A stretch of 64,000 nucleotides of DNA from Gemmatimonadales bacterium (lineage in GTDB: Bacteria > Gemmatimonadota > Gemmatimonadetes > Gemmatimonadales > GWC2-71-9), in the NCBI GenBank assembly GCA_039794085.1, contig JBDIWC010000001.1:1-64000 (forward strand), written 5' to 3'. The notes under the pieces are model-generated. The model ran no database searches. It saw nothing but the letters and a program-made list of their open reading frames with translations, and was not told the origin of the DNA. The stretch's first letter is position 1. Each line of letters opens with the position of its first letter. This document shows positions 15,699-27,726 of this stretch, piece after piece. The position numbers and the translations under genes were made by a program.

Positions 15699-18305
15699 AT
15701 GGCCCTGCCCCGTTCCCTGATTTTCCTGAGCGCTTGCTCGTATCTTCTTGCCGCCTGCGCCACCGGTTCGGCCACTCCTCCGGCAGGAACCCCCGCGCCC
15801 GTCCGGGCTCCCGGCAACCAACCCGTCCCCCAGGATCCGGCGCCCGGGGGCCAGACGCCCGCGCAACGTCCCGGGGCCACCCCCTCCGGTCCTCGGCCCT
15901 ACGGTCAGATCATCACGAAGGAGGCTACCAGCGACTCCGGCCTCTTCCTCGTTCACGCGGTGGGCTCCAAGCACTACTTCGAGGTTCCCGATTCCCTCTT
16001 CGGGCGGGATCTCTTCCTCGTCACCCGCATCGCGGGTGTTCCCCCCGGTTTTCCCGGATTTACGCCGGCCGGGGTGTCCGCCAACGAGCAGGTGCTTCGG
16101 TTCGAACGCCAGGGTGACCGCGTTCTCCTCCGCCGGCAGACCTTCGGTGCTGTGGCCGATACCTCCCTTCCGATCTTCAGCAGTGTGGTCCAGAACAACC
16201 TGCCGCAGGTATTGGCCAGCTTCCCGATCCAGGCCTTCAGCCGGGACAGTCACGCGGTGGTCCTCGACGTCACCGACTTCTTTCAGGGCGACACTCCCGC
16301 GATCAGCGGGCTCGGAGCGGCCCAGCGACGCCAGTACCAGGTGCGCCGACTCGACCCGGCCCGCAGCTTCATTTCCCGGGTCCGGAGCTACCCGCGGAAC
16401 GTGGAGGTGCGGCATGTGACCACCTTCGATGCCGGGGCCCCGCCGGCCAACGCCGAAACCGCGACGATTTCCCTGGAGATGTCGCAGTCGCTGATCCTCC
16501 TCCCGCGGGACCCGATGCGACCCCGTTACCAGGACCCCCGGGTGGGCTACTTCGGTGTCACGCGGGTCAACTACGGGCTCGACGAACAGAAGGCGGCCAC
16601 CCAGAGCTTTATTCGCCGGTGGCGCCTGGAGCCCAAGGATCCCGCCGCCTACGCCCGGGGCGAACTGGTCGAGCCGGTCACACCAATTGTCTACTACATC
16701 GACCCGGCCACCCCGGCCCGATGGCGGCCCTACGTGAGGCAGGGAATCGAGGATTGGCAACAGGCGTTCGAGACCGCCGGATTCCGGAACGCAATCCTGG
16801 CGAAGGATCCGCCCTCCCAGGCGGAGGACCCCGACTGGGATCCGGAGGACATCCGCCACTCGGTGGTGCGGTGGGCGGCGAGCCTCACCCGGAATGCCCA
16901 GGGACCCAGCACCTCCGACCCCCGGACGGGGGAGATCATCGAGAGCGACATCGTCTGGTACCACAACCACATGCGCTCCTACCGCAACCGTCTCCTGATC
17001 GAGACCGGTGCCGCCAACCCTGTGGCCCGGACCCTCGACATCCCCGAGTCCCTGATGGGCGAGGCGATGCGCCAGGTCATCGCCCACGAGATCGGCCATG
17101 CCCTGGGCCTCCCCCACAACATGGTGGCCGGCTCCGCCTATCCCACCGATTCCCTCCGCTCGCCCGCCTTTGCCCGGCGGATGGGAGTGTCCCCCTCGAT
17201 CATGGACTACGCCCGCCAGAACTACATCGCGCAACCCGGCGATGGCCTGGAGCCGACCGACTTCATCCGGAAGATCGGCCCCTACGACCACTACGCGATC
17301 AACTGGGGATACCGCCACCTCCCGAACACCACGCCCGAATCCGAGCGGGCCACGTTGCACCGGTGGATCGTGGAGAAGGCCGACGACCCGATGTACCGCT
17401 ACCTCCCGCAGAACGTGAACTACGATCCCCGGGCCCAGACCGAGGACATGGGAGACGACCCCGTCACGGCAAGCACCTACGCGGTGGCCAATCTCCAGCG
17501 CGTGACCCCGCGCCTGGTCGAGTGGACTACCGCTCCGGGCGAGGACTACGACGACCTGGCCGAGCTGTACGGGGAACTTATCGGGCAGTGGTCCCGCTAC
17601 ATGGGTCACGTGGTCACGGTGGTCGGAGGAGTCCACACCGTCCTCAAGACCGCCGACCAGAACGGAGCGGTCTATACCACCGTGCCCCGGGCCCGCCAGA
17701 AAGCGGCCCTCGGGTTCCTGGCCCGGGAGGTGTTCGAGACCCCGGCCTGGCTCGCCCCCCGCGAGATCCTCGACCGGATCGGATCCCCCGGGTCGGCTCC
17801 CCGCCTCGAGCGGGCGCAGGCGGGAATTCTGGGCAACCTGCTCGACGCCCGACGCCTGATGCGACTCGGCGAGCGGGAGGCGATGGACCCCGAGGCCGCC
17901 TGGCCCCTCGCCGACTATCTCAGCGACCTCCAGCGAGGAGTCTGGGGAGACGTGGGATCGGGCCGGTCCGTCGATGCCAATCGCCGGGCGCTGCAGCGGG
18001 TCTGGATCGACCGGATGGAATCGTTGCTCACGACGGAACCGGCGGGCAACCCGTTTCAGGGCCCGGCGCCGAACCTGGGGTTGTCGGACATCCGGCCCCT
18101 GGTACGGGCCCAGTTGCGCGCCGTGCGGGGCCTGGCGCAGCAGGGCGCGGGCCGCGCCGGCACTCCGGTCATGCGCGCGCATCTGGCCGATGTGGTGGTG
18201 CGGATCGATGCCGCACTCGATCCGACCCCCCGCCCCGCGCCCCCCCGCCCGACCCCGCAGGGACCGGGTGGGAATGATCCGGACCATCAGCCGATGGAAG
18301 GGTAG
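15699..18305 (+). CDS. secreted lipoprotein zinc metalloprotease (DUF5117/DUF5118/Met-zincin type)
   Basis: Lipobox LLAAC. HEIGHALGLPHN, SIMDY Met-turn, DPRTGEIIESDI. Confidence 0.9.
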   Translation: MALPRSLIFLSACSYLLAACATGSATPPAGTPAPVRAPGNQPVPQDPAPGGQTPAQRPGATPSGPRPYGQIITKEATSDSGLFLVHAVGSKHYFEVPDSLFGRDLFLVTRIAGVPPGFPGFTPAGVSANEQVLRFERQGDRVLLRRQTFGAVADTSLPIFSSVVQNNLPQVLASFPIQAFSRDSHAVVLDVTDFFQGDTPAISGLGAAQRRQYQVRRLDPARSFISRVRSYPRNVEVRHVTTFDAGAPPANAETATISLEMSQSLILLPRDPMRPRYQDPRVGYFGVTRVNYGLDEQKAATQSFIRRWRLEPKDPAAYARGELVEPVTPIVYYIDPATPARWRPYVRQGIEDWQQAFETAGFRNAILAKDPPSQAEDPDWDPEDIRHSVVRWAASLTRNAQGPSTSDPRTGEIIESDIVWYHNHMRSYRNRLLIETGAANPVARTLDIPESLMGEAMRQVIAHEIGHALGLPHNMVAGSAYPTDSLRSPAFARRMGVSPSIMDYARQNYIAQPGDGLEPTDFIRKIGPYDHYAINWGYRHLPNTTPESERATLHRWIVEKADDPMYRYLPQNVNYDPRAQTEDMGDDPVTASTYAVANLQRVTPRLVEWTTAPGEDYDDLAELYGELIGQWSRYMGHVVTVVGGVHTVLKTADQNGAVYTTVPRARQKAALGFLAREVFETPAWLAPREILDRIGSPGSAPRLERAQAGILGNLLDARRLMRLGEREAMDPEAAWPLADYLSDLQRGVWGDVGSGRSVDANRRALQRVWIDRMESLLTTEPAGNPFQGPAPNLGLSDIRPLVRAQLRAVRGLAQQGAGRAGTPVMRAHLADVVVRIDAALDPTPRPAPPRPTPQGPGGNDPDHQPMEG

Positions 18306-18377
18306 GCGGCAGGCGATAGGCTGCAGGCGGCAGGCGGTAGGCGGTAGGCGACAGGCGGTAGGCGGTAGGCGGTAGGG
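18301..18377 (+). repeat. heptamer array (GGTAGGC-type)x11 starting at the stop codon
   Basis: GGTAGGC GGCAGGC GATAGGC TGCAGGC GGCAGGC GGTAGGC GGTAGGC GACAGGC GGTAGGC GGTAGGC GGTAGGG. Confidence 0.9.
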
Positions 18378-18494
18378 CGGATGTCCTATGTCCTAAGCCG
18401 GCAGAGCCGGAACCACAGAGGCACCTCGGGGTTTCGCGTGGGTTTTCTTCGGCATGGGTTCCGGTCCTGCCCGAGTACCTCTCCACAGCCCCAG

Positions 18495-18606
18495 AGCCAA
18501 TCACAAGAAGCACAAAAGGCACAGAAACCTCTCTCGCCCCTGGTGGGCCCCCATGCGCACCGAGGTGTGCCTCTTGTGACTTCTGTGCTTTTTGTGGCCA
18601 TCCCCC
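18495..18606. repeat. hairpin with 9-bp-period CACAA/TTGTG arms; short relative of the elements at 40429 and 54142
   Basis: CACAAGAAG CACAAAAGG CACAG ... TTGTGAC TTCTGTGC TTTTTGTGGCCATCCCC. Confidence 0.75.
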
Positions 18607-19178
18607 TCGCACGGCGCGGCCGTGGCGATCGACGTGTCTGACGGGGGGGGGGGGTCCGGAGTTGCCCAAAAGATTGTTGCCGTTTTGTGTTCAATCTTGT
18701 CCGTAAGAGACGATTAGGTCCTATGTCCTATGTTTTGGGGTGTTGGGTGTTTGGGGCAGTAGGCGGGAGGCGGTGGGCGGTTGGGAGTGGGGGCGCGCAA
18801 TCCTTCGAGGAGAGAGGGAAGAGGAGTGAGGAGTGAGAACCACCGTTCTTCACTCACGCTCCAACATCGGTATCCGGACGACGGGAAGGCCACCGGCGGC
18901 GATCACAGATCGCCCCACGTGCCCAGGGCATGCTCCTCGCTTGCTCGGGATGACCCCGAGCATTGACCGGCTCTCTGGTCCTTCAGGATCTGTCGCCGCA
19001 GGCGCCGAGCCGGGGCTTCAGCCCCGGACGACCGCGGAATCACTTCGGGATTCTCCGAGCGAGAAGAGAGAGAAGAGAGGAGTGAGAGCGCTCTCTCTCT
19101 CCTCACTCCTCTCCACTCACTCCTCACGCCCCGAGATAACCCGTTGACTGACAATGTGTTGCGTGGTGTTGCGGGGAA

Positions 19179-19252
19179 TAGCTGGGGGCGGATTCGAACC
19201 GCCGACCCCGGCATTATGAGTGCCGTGCTCTAACCACCTGAGCTACCCAGCC
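19179..19252 (-). tRNA. tRNA-Met (CAT), probably elongator; CCA not encoded
   Basis: GGCTGGG/CCCAGCT acceptor stem, TAGCTCAG D-arm, CGGCA-CTCATAA-TGCCG anticodon arm, GGTTCGAATCC T-arm. Ile2 is not excluded. Confidence 0.93.
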
Positions 19253-19288
19253 TTGGCCGGGGCATTCTACCGACACCCGGGGGCCGGG

Positions 19289-19492
19289 TCAAGGGTGGGG
19301 CGAGAGATCGGTGACCCGAATCTCCTGCCACACCCGCTCCCCGTCTCCCGTGGCGAACCAGCTCCGACCGGCCCAGAGAAAGGGATCCCCCCACTCCTCC
19401 TCCAGATATCCGTGCAGGAGGATGGGCTTGAAATTCCCCGCGATACCCCAGTGCAGCCAGCCGACCACCGGAACTCGACCAATGCGGGACAT
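19289..19492 (-). CDS. small Trp/Gly-rich hypothetical protein, 67 aa (or a gene fragment)
   Basis: GGAGGT RBS 5 nt before ATG. MSRIGRVPVVGWLHWG... Confidence 0.4.
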   Translation of the reverse strand: MSRIGRVPVVGWLHWGIAGNFKPILLHGYLEEEWGDPFLWAGRSWFATGDGERVWQEIRVTDLSPHP

Positions 19493-19587
19493 CGGACACC
19501 TCCCGGGCAGCGAGAAGACAGACCCCACCCTACTGTACGCGGGAAGGGCCCCGAGAGATTCGTTCAGCTCTGGCCGAGTCGTCCCGC

Positions 19588-20097
19588 TTACATGTTCCCT
19601 TCGTCCGCGCTCGGGCCATAGGTCGACGGAACCGGCACTCCCGTCAGCCGAAGGTAGACGCTCAACTGCCCCCGGTGATGAATCAGATGGTTCATCACGA
19701 AGCTCCGGATCACGGCCACCCTCGGCATCGTGAAGAAGACCTCGCCCCCGTTCTTGAGACTCCAATTGACCATGAAGTCGGCATCGGATGTCCCCGTGAT
19801 TGCCTCCCGCGCCGAACGGACCGAGGCATCGAATCCGGCAAGGAGATCGGCAACGGTGGTGAATCCGGGACTCTGGTACGGTTCCCCTCCTGGCGGATTC
19901 ATGTCGAGTTCGGTGCCGGTGAGGGTCGGGGCAACCCACATGGGAACCTCTCCGATGTGAGCGGCCAACTGGCCCATCGACATCGACTTCTCGTGCGGTT
20001 TCCAGTCCTTCTGTCCCTCGGGCACCCGCTCCAGCATGGTCCGGGTAGTCTGCATCTCATGATCGAACTCGGGCACGAGGGCCTGCGCGATGGACAT
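19588..20097 (-). CDS. DinB-family protein
   Basis: EFDHEMQTTR, WKPHEKSMSMGQLAAHI, NHLIHHRGQLSVYLR, PSTYGPSAD. GGAG RBS. Confidence 0.92.
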   Translation of the reverse strand: MSIAQALVPEFDHEMQTTRTMLERVPEGQKDWKPHEKSMSMGQLAAHIGEVPMWVAPTLTGTELDMNPPGGEPYQSPGFTTVADLLAGFDASVRSAREAITGTSDADFMVNWSLKNGGEVFFTMPRVAVIRSFVMNHLIHHRGQLSVYLRLTGVPVPSTYGPSADEGNM

Positions 20098-20405
20098 GGC
20101 GTTCTCCAGGTGGGGGGAATGGTGACGGGAGACGGACACGTGATCCCTACGGACGGCGCGAGACGGAGTTTCGTCCCTCCCCTCCCTCCCCCACAACATG
20201 GAACCACGAAAGACACGAAAGGCGCCCCGAAACCCTCCCGTCCTGGAAGAGTGTCGTCTTCGAGGTGATGGCCAGTCAGTCGATTGGCCCGCCGACCTCC
20301 GCTCACGAGATCGCCACGGGCCCTGCGGGCCCTCGCGATGACGACCCTTACCGCCTATCGCCTGTAGTTACCACCTGGGACACGGGCGACGGTGGCGCGT
20401 CGCCC

Positions 20406-20426
20406 CTATTCCCTATTCCCTACTCC

Positions 20427-20433
<7 letters not shown>
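20406..20433 (-). repeat. heptamer array (GGAATAG)x4 whose first TAG is the ftsB stop
   Basis: Minus strand: GGAATAG GGAGTAG GGAATAG GGAATAG. Confidence 0.85.
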
Positions 20434-22745
<2,312 letters not shown>

Positions 22746-22749
<4 letters not shown>

Positions 22750-23717
22750 GCGAAGTGGTCGAATCCGCGTTCGGGCAGCGCCGTGTCGCCGGTGACACGC
22801 ACCCGGCCCTGCTCGGTGGTCGCGACACCGATGCGGGTGAGGGTGACCCCGGTATCCGCCAGGCATCGGGTGGCCCGGTCCTCTTCCCCTCCCGCCGGGA
22901 GAGTCACCAGAAGCTCATAGTCCTCGCCCCCCGTCAGGGCCATCTGGATCGGGGAGATACCCAGCCGACGAGCCACGGGAGCCACTCCGGGATGCACCGG
23001 CACGGCGTCGGGGTCGAGGATAATTCCAACGCCAGAGGCCGCGGCGAGGTGCCCGAGGTCCCCCAGAGTTCCGTCGCTGACGTCGATCATCGCGGTGGCG
23101 CCGTGGGCCGCGAGCCAGCGACCGGCGGCGAGCCGGGGTGTCGGCGCGGCGAAGGCGGGGCGTACATCGGGCGCGGGATCGATCCCGGCCAGGAAGGACA
23201 CCAGGGCGGCCCGAGCTCCCCCCAGGGAACCCGTCACCCACACCTCCTCCCCCGGGGAGGCTCCCGAGCGGAGAACGGGCCGCTCCGCCCATCCCAACAC
23301 CGTCACCGAGACAACCCACTCACTCCCCCGGGTGAGATCCCCTCCCAGAACCGCCGTCTTCACATCCTCCACCGCCTGGCCGACCCCGGACATCAGGAGC
23401 ACGGCCGACTCCGGAGTGGCCTCCCGGGGGACCACCAGCGCGACCACCACCCCGGCCGGCGCGGCTCCCATCGCGGCGAGATCACTCAGGGCCGCAGCCG
23501 TGGCGCGATATCCCGCCTCCTCCAGAGAGATCCACCCGGTCCGCCAGTGTACCCCTTCGACCGACGCGTCGGTGCTGACCAGGAGTTGCCCCGGTCCGGG
23601 GGGAACCACGGCGCTGTCGTCCCCGAGGGAACGGGCGCGGGATCCGAGCCGCCCGATGATCCGCCGGATGAGATCGAACTCGGCGCCCGGACCGAAGGCG
23701 AGGTGGGAGTCGGTCAT
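22746..23717 (-). CDS. thiL: thiamine-phosphate kinase
   Basis: EFDLI, GDDSA, LSDLAAMGA.P, GGDL, IDVSDG, GGEDYELL. Confidence 0.95.
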
Positions 23718-25309
23718 GGTCCGGCCGGCGAGGGAAGTTCGTGAAGGATGGGCGGCACGGCGGGCGGCGGGTCGCGACGAAGGAGGTCCCAGGCTCGCCA
23801 CAGGTCGGGGAGGGCGGCGAGGACGTCCATCGGCCGCAGGGTGCGGCGAGTGAACCGTCGTGCGGCGATGTCCGCCGCGGAGCCCAGCACCTGGGCGCCG
23901 AGGGCGGCGGCGGTCGAGGCCTCCATCCCCCGGGCCAGGAGGGATCCGATGATTCCGCTCAGCACGTCCCCGCTCCCCCCCGTGGCGAGGCCCGGATTCC
24001 CCGCAGCAACAGTACGTGAGGCCACTCCCGTCCGGGCCACCACGGTGGGGACTCCCTTGAGCAGCACGGTCGCTCCCGCCAGCTCCGCCGCCCGGGCCGC
24101 CGCCACCCATGGGTCGACCGAGAGCCCGTGGGCCAGATCGGGGAAAAGCGTCCGGAACTCCCCGGCGTGGGGCGTCAGCACGACCGGCCGCCCGGTTCCT
24201 GCCCGGCGGAGCTCCGCCACCCTCCCCTGCGCGGCTACGAGCCCATCGGCATCGACGACCACGGACCGGGCATGAGCAAGCACCGCAGCCACGAGGTGCC
24301 ACTCCGCCCCATCCCGTTCGCGGCCGAGACCCGGGCCCAGCACCACGGCATCGGCTCGGGCGATTCGTTCCGCGATGCCGGGGGCCAGGGGGGTCGCCCC
24401 GTCGCGGGGTGGCTCGCAGGAAAAGACCTGGAGATCGGGCTCTGCCGCAGCCAGGTCCGCGGCCACCTCCGGGGGGACGACGAGACTGACGAGCCCCGCT
24501 CCCGCACCGTAGGCGGCGCGACCGGCGAGGCGCACCGCCCCCGAGAGACCGGGGGCGCCGCCGACGACCACCACCCGGCCGCGGGTCCCCTTGTGGGCCG
24601 AGGCGGGGAGGGGAGGAAGGAGTGCGAGGGCATCCCGGTCGGTGAAGAGGACCGGCCACTCGGGGTTTGGAGGAGGGAGACCGATATCAAGGACGACCAC
24701 AGTCCCGACGTCGTCGCGGGCCAGGAGGTGACCGCGCCGGTAGCCGCCGAAGGTGATGGTCAGGTCGGCGCGGAGGGGACCCCGGCTGACCCCGTCGAGC
24801 AGGTCGAGGCCGGTGGGTCCGTCGATCGCGACCAGGGGGAGGGAAAGATCGGCGAGGCGGGAGACCATCGCGGCCACGTCACCGCGAAGCTCCCCCCGTG
24901 CCCCGGTACCGAGGAGGGCATCGACCAGGAGGCCAACCGCGGGCCATGGGCCGTCAGGGGAAACGACACGCACCCCCTCGTCGATGGCACGGGAGGCGGC
25001 GTGTTCCGCCAGAGGAGAGCGAGGGCCGGGGCAGGAGGCCACCCAGACCGGAATACCGAGACGATGGAGGGCGCGGGCCAGGACCCAGCCATCTCCCCCG
25101 TTGTTGCCCGTCCCGGCCGCGACCAGAACGCCGCGACGGCAGTCGGCGCCACGCCGGGCGCAGAGGACGGAAACCGCCCCCCGCCCCGCCGCGTCCATGA
25201 GGGTCGCGGTGGAGATGCCCGCCTGTTCCGCGACCTGGTCCCATCGCCGGGCGTCGGCCGGCGCGAGGACGGGTGGGGAGAGGCGGTGCGCCGACGCGCG
25301 CGACACCAC
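23714..25309 (-). CDS. nnr: bifunctional NAD(P)H-hydrate epimerase/dehydratase
   Basis: GTGNNGGDG, DALLGTG, AHKGTRG, GPGLG, DADG, TPHAGEF, LATGGSGDVLSG. Confidence 0.93.
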   Translation of the reverse strand: MVSRASAHRLSPPVLAPADARRWDQVAEQAGISTATLMDAAGRGAVSVLCARRGADCRRGVLVAAGTGNNGGDGWVLARALHRLGIPVWVASCPGPRSPLAEHAASRAIDEGVRVVSPDGPWPAVGLLVDALLGTGARGELRGDVAAMVSRLADLSLPLVAIDGPTGLDLLDGVSRGPLRADLTITFGGYRRGHLLARDDVGTVVVLDIGLPPPNPEWPVLFTDRDALALLPPLPASAHKGTRGRVVVVGGAPGLSGAVRLAGRAAYGAGAGLVSLVVPPEVAADLAAAEPDLQVFSCEPPRDGATPLAPGIAERIARADAVVLGPGLGRERDGAEWHLVAAVLAHARSVVVDADGLVAAQGRVAELRRAGTGRPVVLTPHAGEFRTLFPDLAHGLSVDPWVAAARAAELAGATVLLKGVPTVVARTGVASRTVAAGNPGLATGGSGDVLSGIIGSLLARGMEASTAAALGAQVLGSAADIAARRFTRRTLRPMDVLAALPDLWRAWDLLRRDPPPAVPPILHELPSPAGP

Positions 25310-25336
25310 GATCTCGAGGCTCCGTCCCCGGGGAGA

Positions 25337-25534
25337 CTACTTGAAGCTCTGCCCGATCGCGCGCCCGAAGGAGATCTCCCCGTTGTCGATGCGGAGATTG
25401 AAACCGCAGTCGGGGTGGGTGCAGACCCACGCCTTGTAGGTGATCGGCGCTCCGTCCCGCCCATAATCGCTGAGGGGGATCAGGATGCCGTTCGAACACT
25501 TCTGGCACGCGGGCCAGTCACGACCTTCGGTCAT
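25337..25534 (-). CDS. small zinc-ribbon-like protein, 65 aa
   Basis: CQKC...CTHPDC. GGAGGA RBS. ATGA overlap with the upstream gene. Confidence 0.8.
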   Translation of the reverse strand: MTEGRDWPACQKCSNGILIPLSDYGRDGAPITYKAWVCTHPDCGFNLRIDNGEISFGRAIGQSFK

Positions 25535-25953
25535 GTTTCCTCCGGTGGAGTAGACGCCTCGCGGCGGGGCGGCGGAACACATCGCCACGCATAGGAGGCG
25601 GAAAACGCGTTCTCGAAATCGAACACGTCGTGGAAATCTTCCTCGCGATCCTCCGGCTCCGCGGAGAGGAGCCGGACGTCAACGAGCGTGAATACGATCC
25701 TGCCGATGTCCCGCGTGGAGCGAATGCCCCAATGTTCCAGCACGGTGCGGGCCATCAATCCGTACTGGTCCAGCGCCAGATCCCGGCAGGCCAGAGCCAG
25801 CTCTGCGCCGCTCACATGGCGCCGGGCGGGAAGGCGCGTCTGAAGATACTCGATGCCGCCCAGCACGAAGAGATAGGCGCGCTCGTGATACGCCCCGCCC
25901 ACGGCCCGGATGCGGGCCAGCAGATCGGAGGCGAGGGCCAACTCGGCCGGCAC
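25531..25953 (-). CDS. Minf_1886-like conserved hypothetical protein
   Basis: AYLFVL, RHVSGAEL, YGLMARTVLEHWGI.ST.DIG.IVF.LV, DF..VFDF. Confidence 0.8.
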   Translation of the reverse strand: MPAELALASDLLARIRAVGGAYHERAYLFVLGGIEYLQTRLPARRHVSGAELALACRDLALDQYGLMARTVLEHWGIRSTRDIGRIVFTLVDVRLLSAEPEDREEDFHDVFDFENAFSASYAWRCVPPPRREASTPPEET

Positions 25954-25973
25954 GAGAGGGTCCGTCCGGGCGG

Positions 25974-27236
25974 TCAGGCCGCCACTCCCTGCCCGTAGAG
26001 CGGGTGGGCGGCGGCCAGGCCCTCCACCTCGCGGCGCACGGCGGCGATCGTGACATCGTCCTGGCGGGTCAGCACCCGGTCGATGAAGTCGGCGATCCGC
26101 TGCATGGCGTTGGGTCCCATGCCCCGGGTGGTGAGAGCGGGCGTGCCGAGCCGAATGCCGCTCGTGACAAACGGACTCTCGGGGTCGTCGGGGATGGTGT
26201 TCTTGTTGACGGTGATTCCGGCCCGGCCCAGGAGGGCCTCGGCGACCTTGCCGGTCAATCCCTTCGGGCGGAGGTCCACCAGCATCAGATGGGTGTCCGT
26301 CCCGCCGGACACCACCGGGAGGCCTCGCTCCATCAGCCCCGCGGCCAGAACCCGGGCATTCTCGACCACGGCCCGGCCATAGGCCCGGAAATCCTCCCGC
26401 ATCGCCTCACCCAGAGCCACCGCCTTGGCGGCGATCACGTGTTCCAGTGGCCCTCCCTGCCCTCCGGGGAACACCGAACGATCCACGGCCCGCGCATGCT
26501 CGGCGGTGCAGAGGATCATCCCCCCGCGCGGGCCCCGAAGGGTCTTGTGGGTGGTGGTGGTCACCAGCGCCGCATGCGGAACAGGGGAGGGATAGACGCC
26601 CGCCGCCACCAGCCCGGCGAAGTGTGCCATGTCCACGAGAAGGAGCGCCCCCACCTCGTCCGCGATGGCGCGGAACCCGGCGAAGTCGATGATCCGGGCG
26701 TAGGCGCTCCCCCCGGCGATGATCAGGCCGGGGCGGTGCGACCGGGCCAGGTCCCGGACCTGGTCCAGGTCGATGCGGCCGGTGGCGGGATCCACCCCGT
26801 ACTGGGCGGCGTCCCACAACTGGCCGCTGTGATTCACGCTCGCGCCGTGGGTCAGGTGCCCTCCGTGCGGCAGGGACATCCCGAGCAGGCGGCCGCCGGG
26901 CGGGAGCACGGCGAGATAGGACAGCAGGTTGGCGGAGGCCCCGGAGTGGGGCTGTACATTGGCGTGGTCGGCTCCGAACAGAGCCTTGGCCCGATCGATG
27001 GCGAGTTGCTCGATCTGGTCGACCACCTCGCATCCCCCGTAGTACCTCTTTCCGGGGTACCCTTCGGCGTACTTGTTGGTGAGGGTGGTGCCCATCGCCT
27101 CGAGTACGGCTCGCGAGGCGAAGTTTTCGCTGGCGATCAGCTCCAGGCCCTCCTGCTGCCGGGCCGTTTCCCGGTCGATCAGGGCGGCCACGACCGGATC
27201 TCCGGCGGCGAGCGATGCGTCGTGCATCCGGGTCAT
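25974..27236 (-). CDS. glyA: serine hydroxymethyltransferase
   Basis: [46 protein letters not shown]. Confidence 0.99.
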   Translation of the reverse strand: MTRMHDASLAAGDPVVAALIDRETARQQEGLELIASENFASRAVLEAMGTTLTNKYAEGYPGKRYYGGCEVVDQIEQLAIDRAKALFGADHANVQPHSGASANLLSYLAVLPPGGRLLGMSLPHGGHLTHGASVNHSGQLWDAAQYGVDPATGRIDLDQVRDLARSHRPGLIIAGGSAYARIIDFAGFRAIADEVGALLLVDMAHFAGLVAAGVYPSPVPHAALVTTTTHKTLRGPRGGMILCTAEHARAVDRSVFPGGQGGPLEHVIAAKAVALGEAMREDFRAYGRAVVENARVLAAGLMERGLPVVSGGTDTHLMLVDLRPKGLTGKVAEALLGRAGITVNKNTIPDDPESPFVTSGIRLGTPALTTRGMGPNAMQRIADFIDRVLTRQDDVTIAAVRREVEGLAAAHPLYGQGVAA

Positions 27237-27676
27237 GTCGTCTCCGGTTCGATCTGGGCGATGCGCCGACTGTGCCGTCCGCCGGCAAAGGGTGTCGCCA
27301 ACCACGCCTTCAGGATGGCCACCGCGTCCTCCTCCTCCACGAACCGGGAGGGGAGAACCAGGATATTGCTGTCGTTGTGTTCCCGGGACAGCACCGCGAT
27401 CTCCTCACTCCATGTGACGGCCGCCCGCACCCCGGGATGCCGGTTGGCTGCGTAGGACATTCCGAGCCCGGTTCCGCAGATCAGGATGCCGCGCGCCGCC
27501 GAGCCCCGGGACACCTTCTCGGCCACGGCATGGGCAAACCCGGCGTAGTCGCTCGACTCCGCCGAGGCCGCCCCCACATCATCGGCCGCATACCCCAGAG
27601 CGGCCAGCTCCTCCTTGAGCCGGGCCTTCAGGGCAAACCCCGCGTGATCCGCGCCGATCGGAATGGTCTCAGTCAT
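27233..27676 (-). CDS. rpiB: ribose-5-phosphate isomerase B
   Basis: [31 protein letters not shown]. Confidence 0.97.
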   Translation of the reverse strand: MTETIPIGADHAGFALKARLKEELAALGYAADDVGAASAESSDYAGFAHAVAEKVSRGSAARGILICGTGLGMSYAANRHPGVRAAVTWSEEIAVLSREHNDSNILVLPSRFVEEEDAVAILKAWLATPFAGGRHSRRIAQIEPETT

Positions 27677-27726
27677 GCCGCAAATCTAGCACAGTCCCCG
27701 ACCAGGTGAGAGCGTTCTCCACCCCC

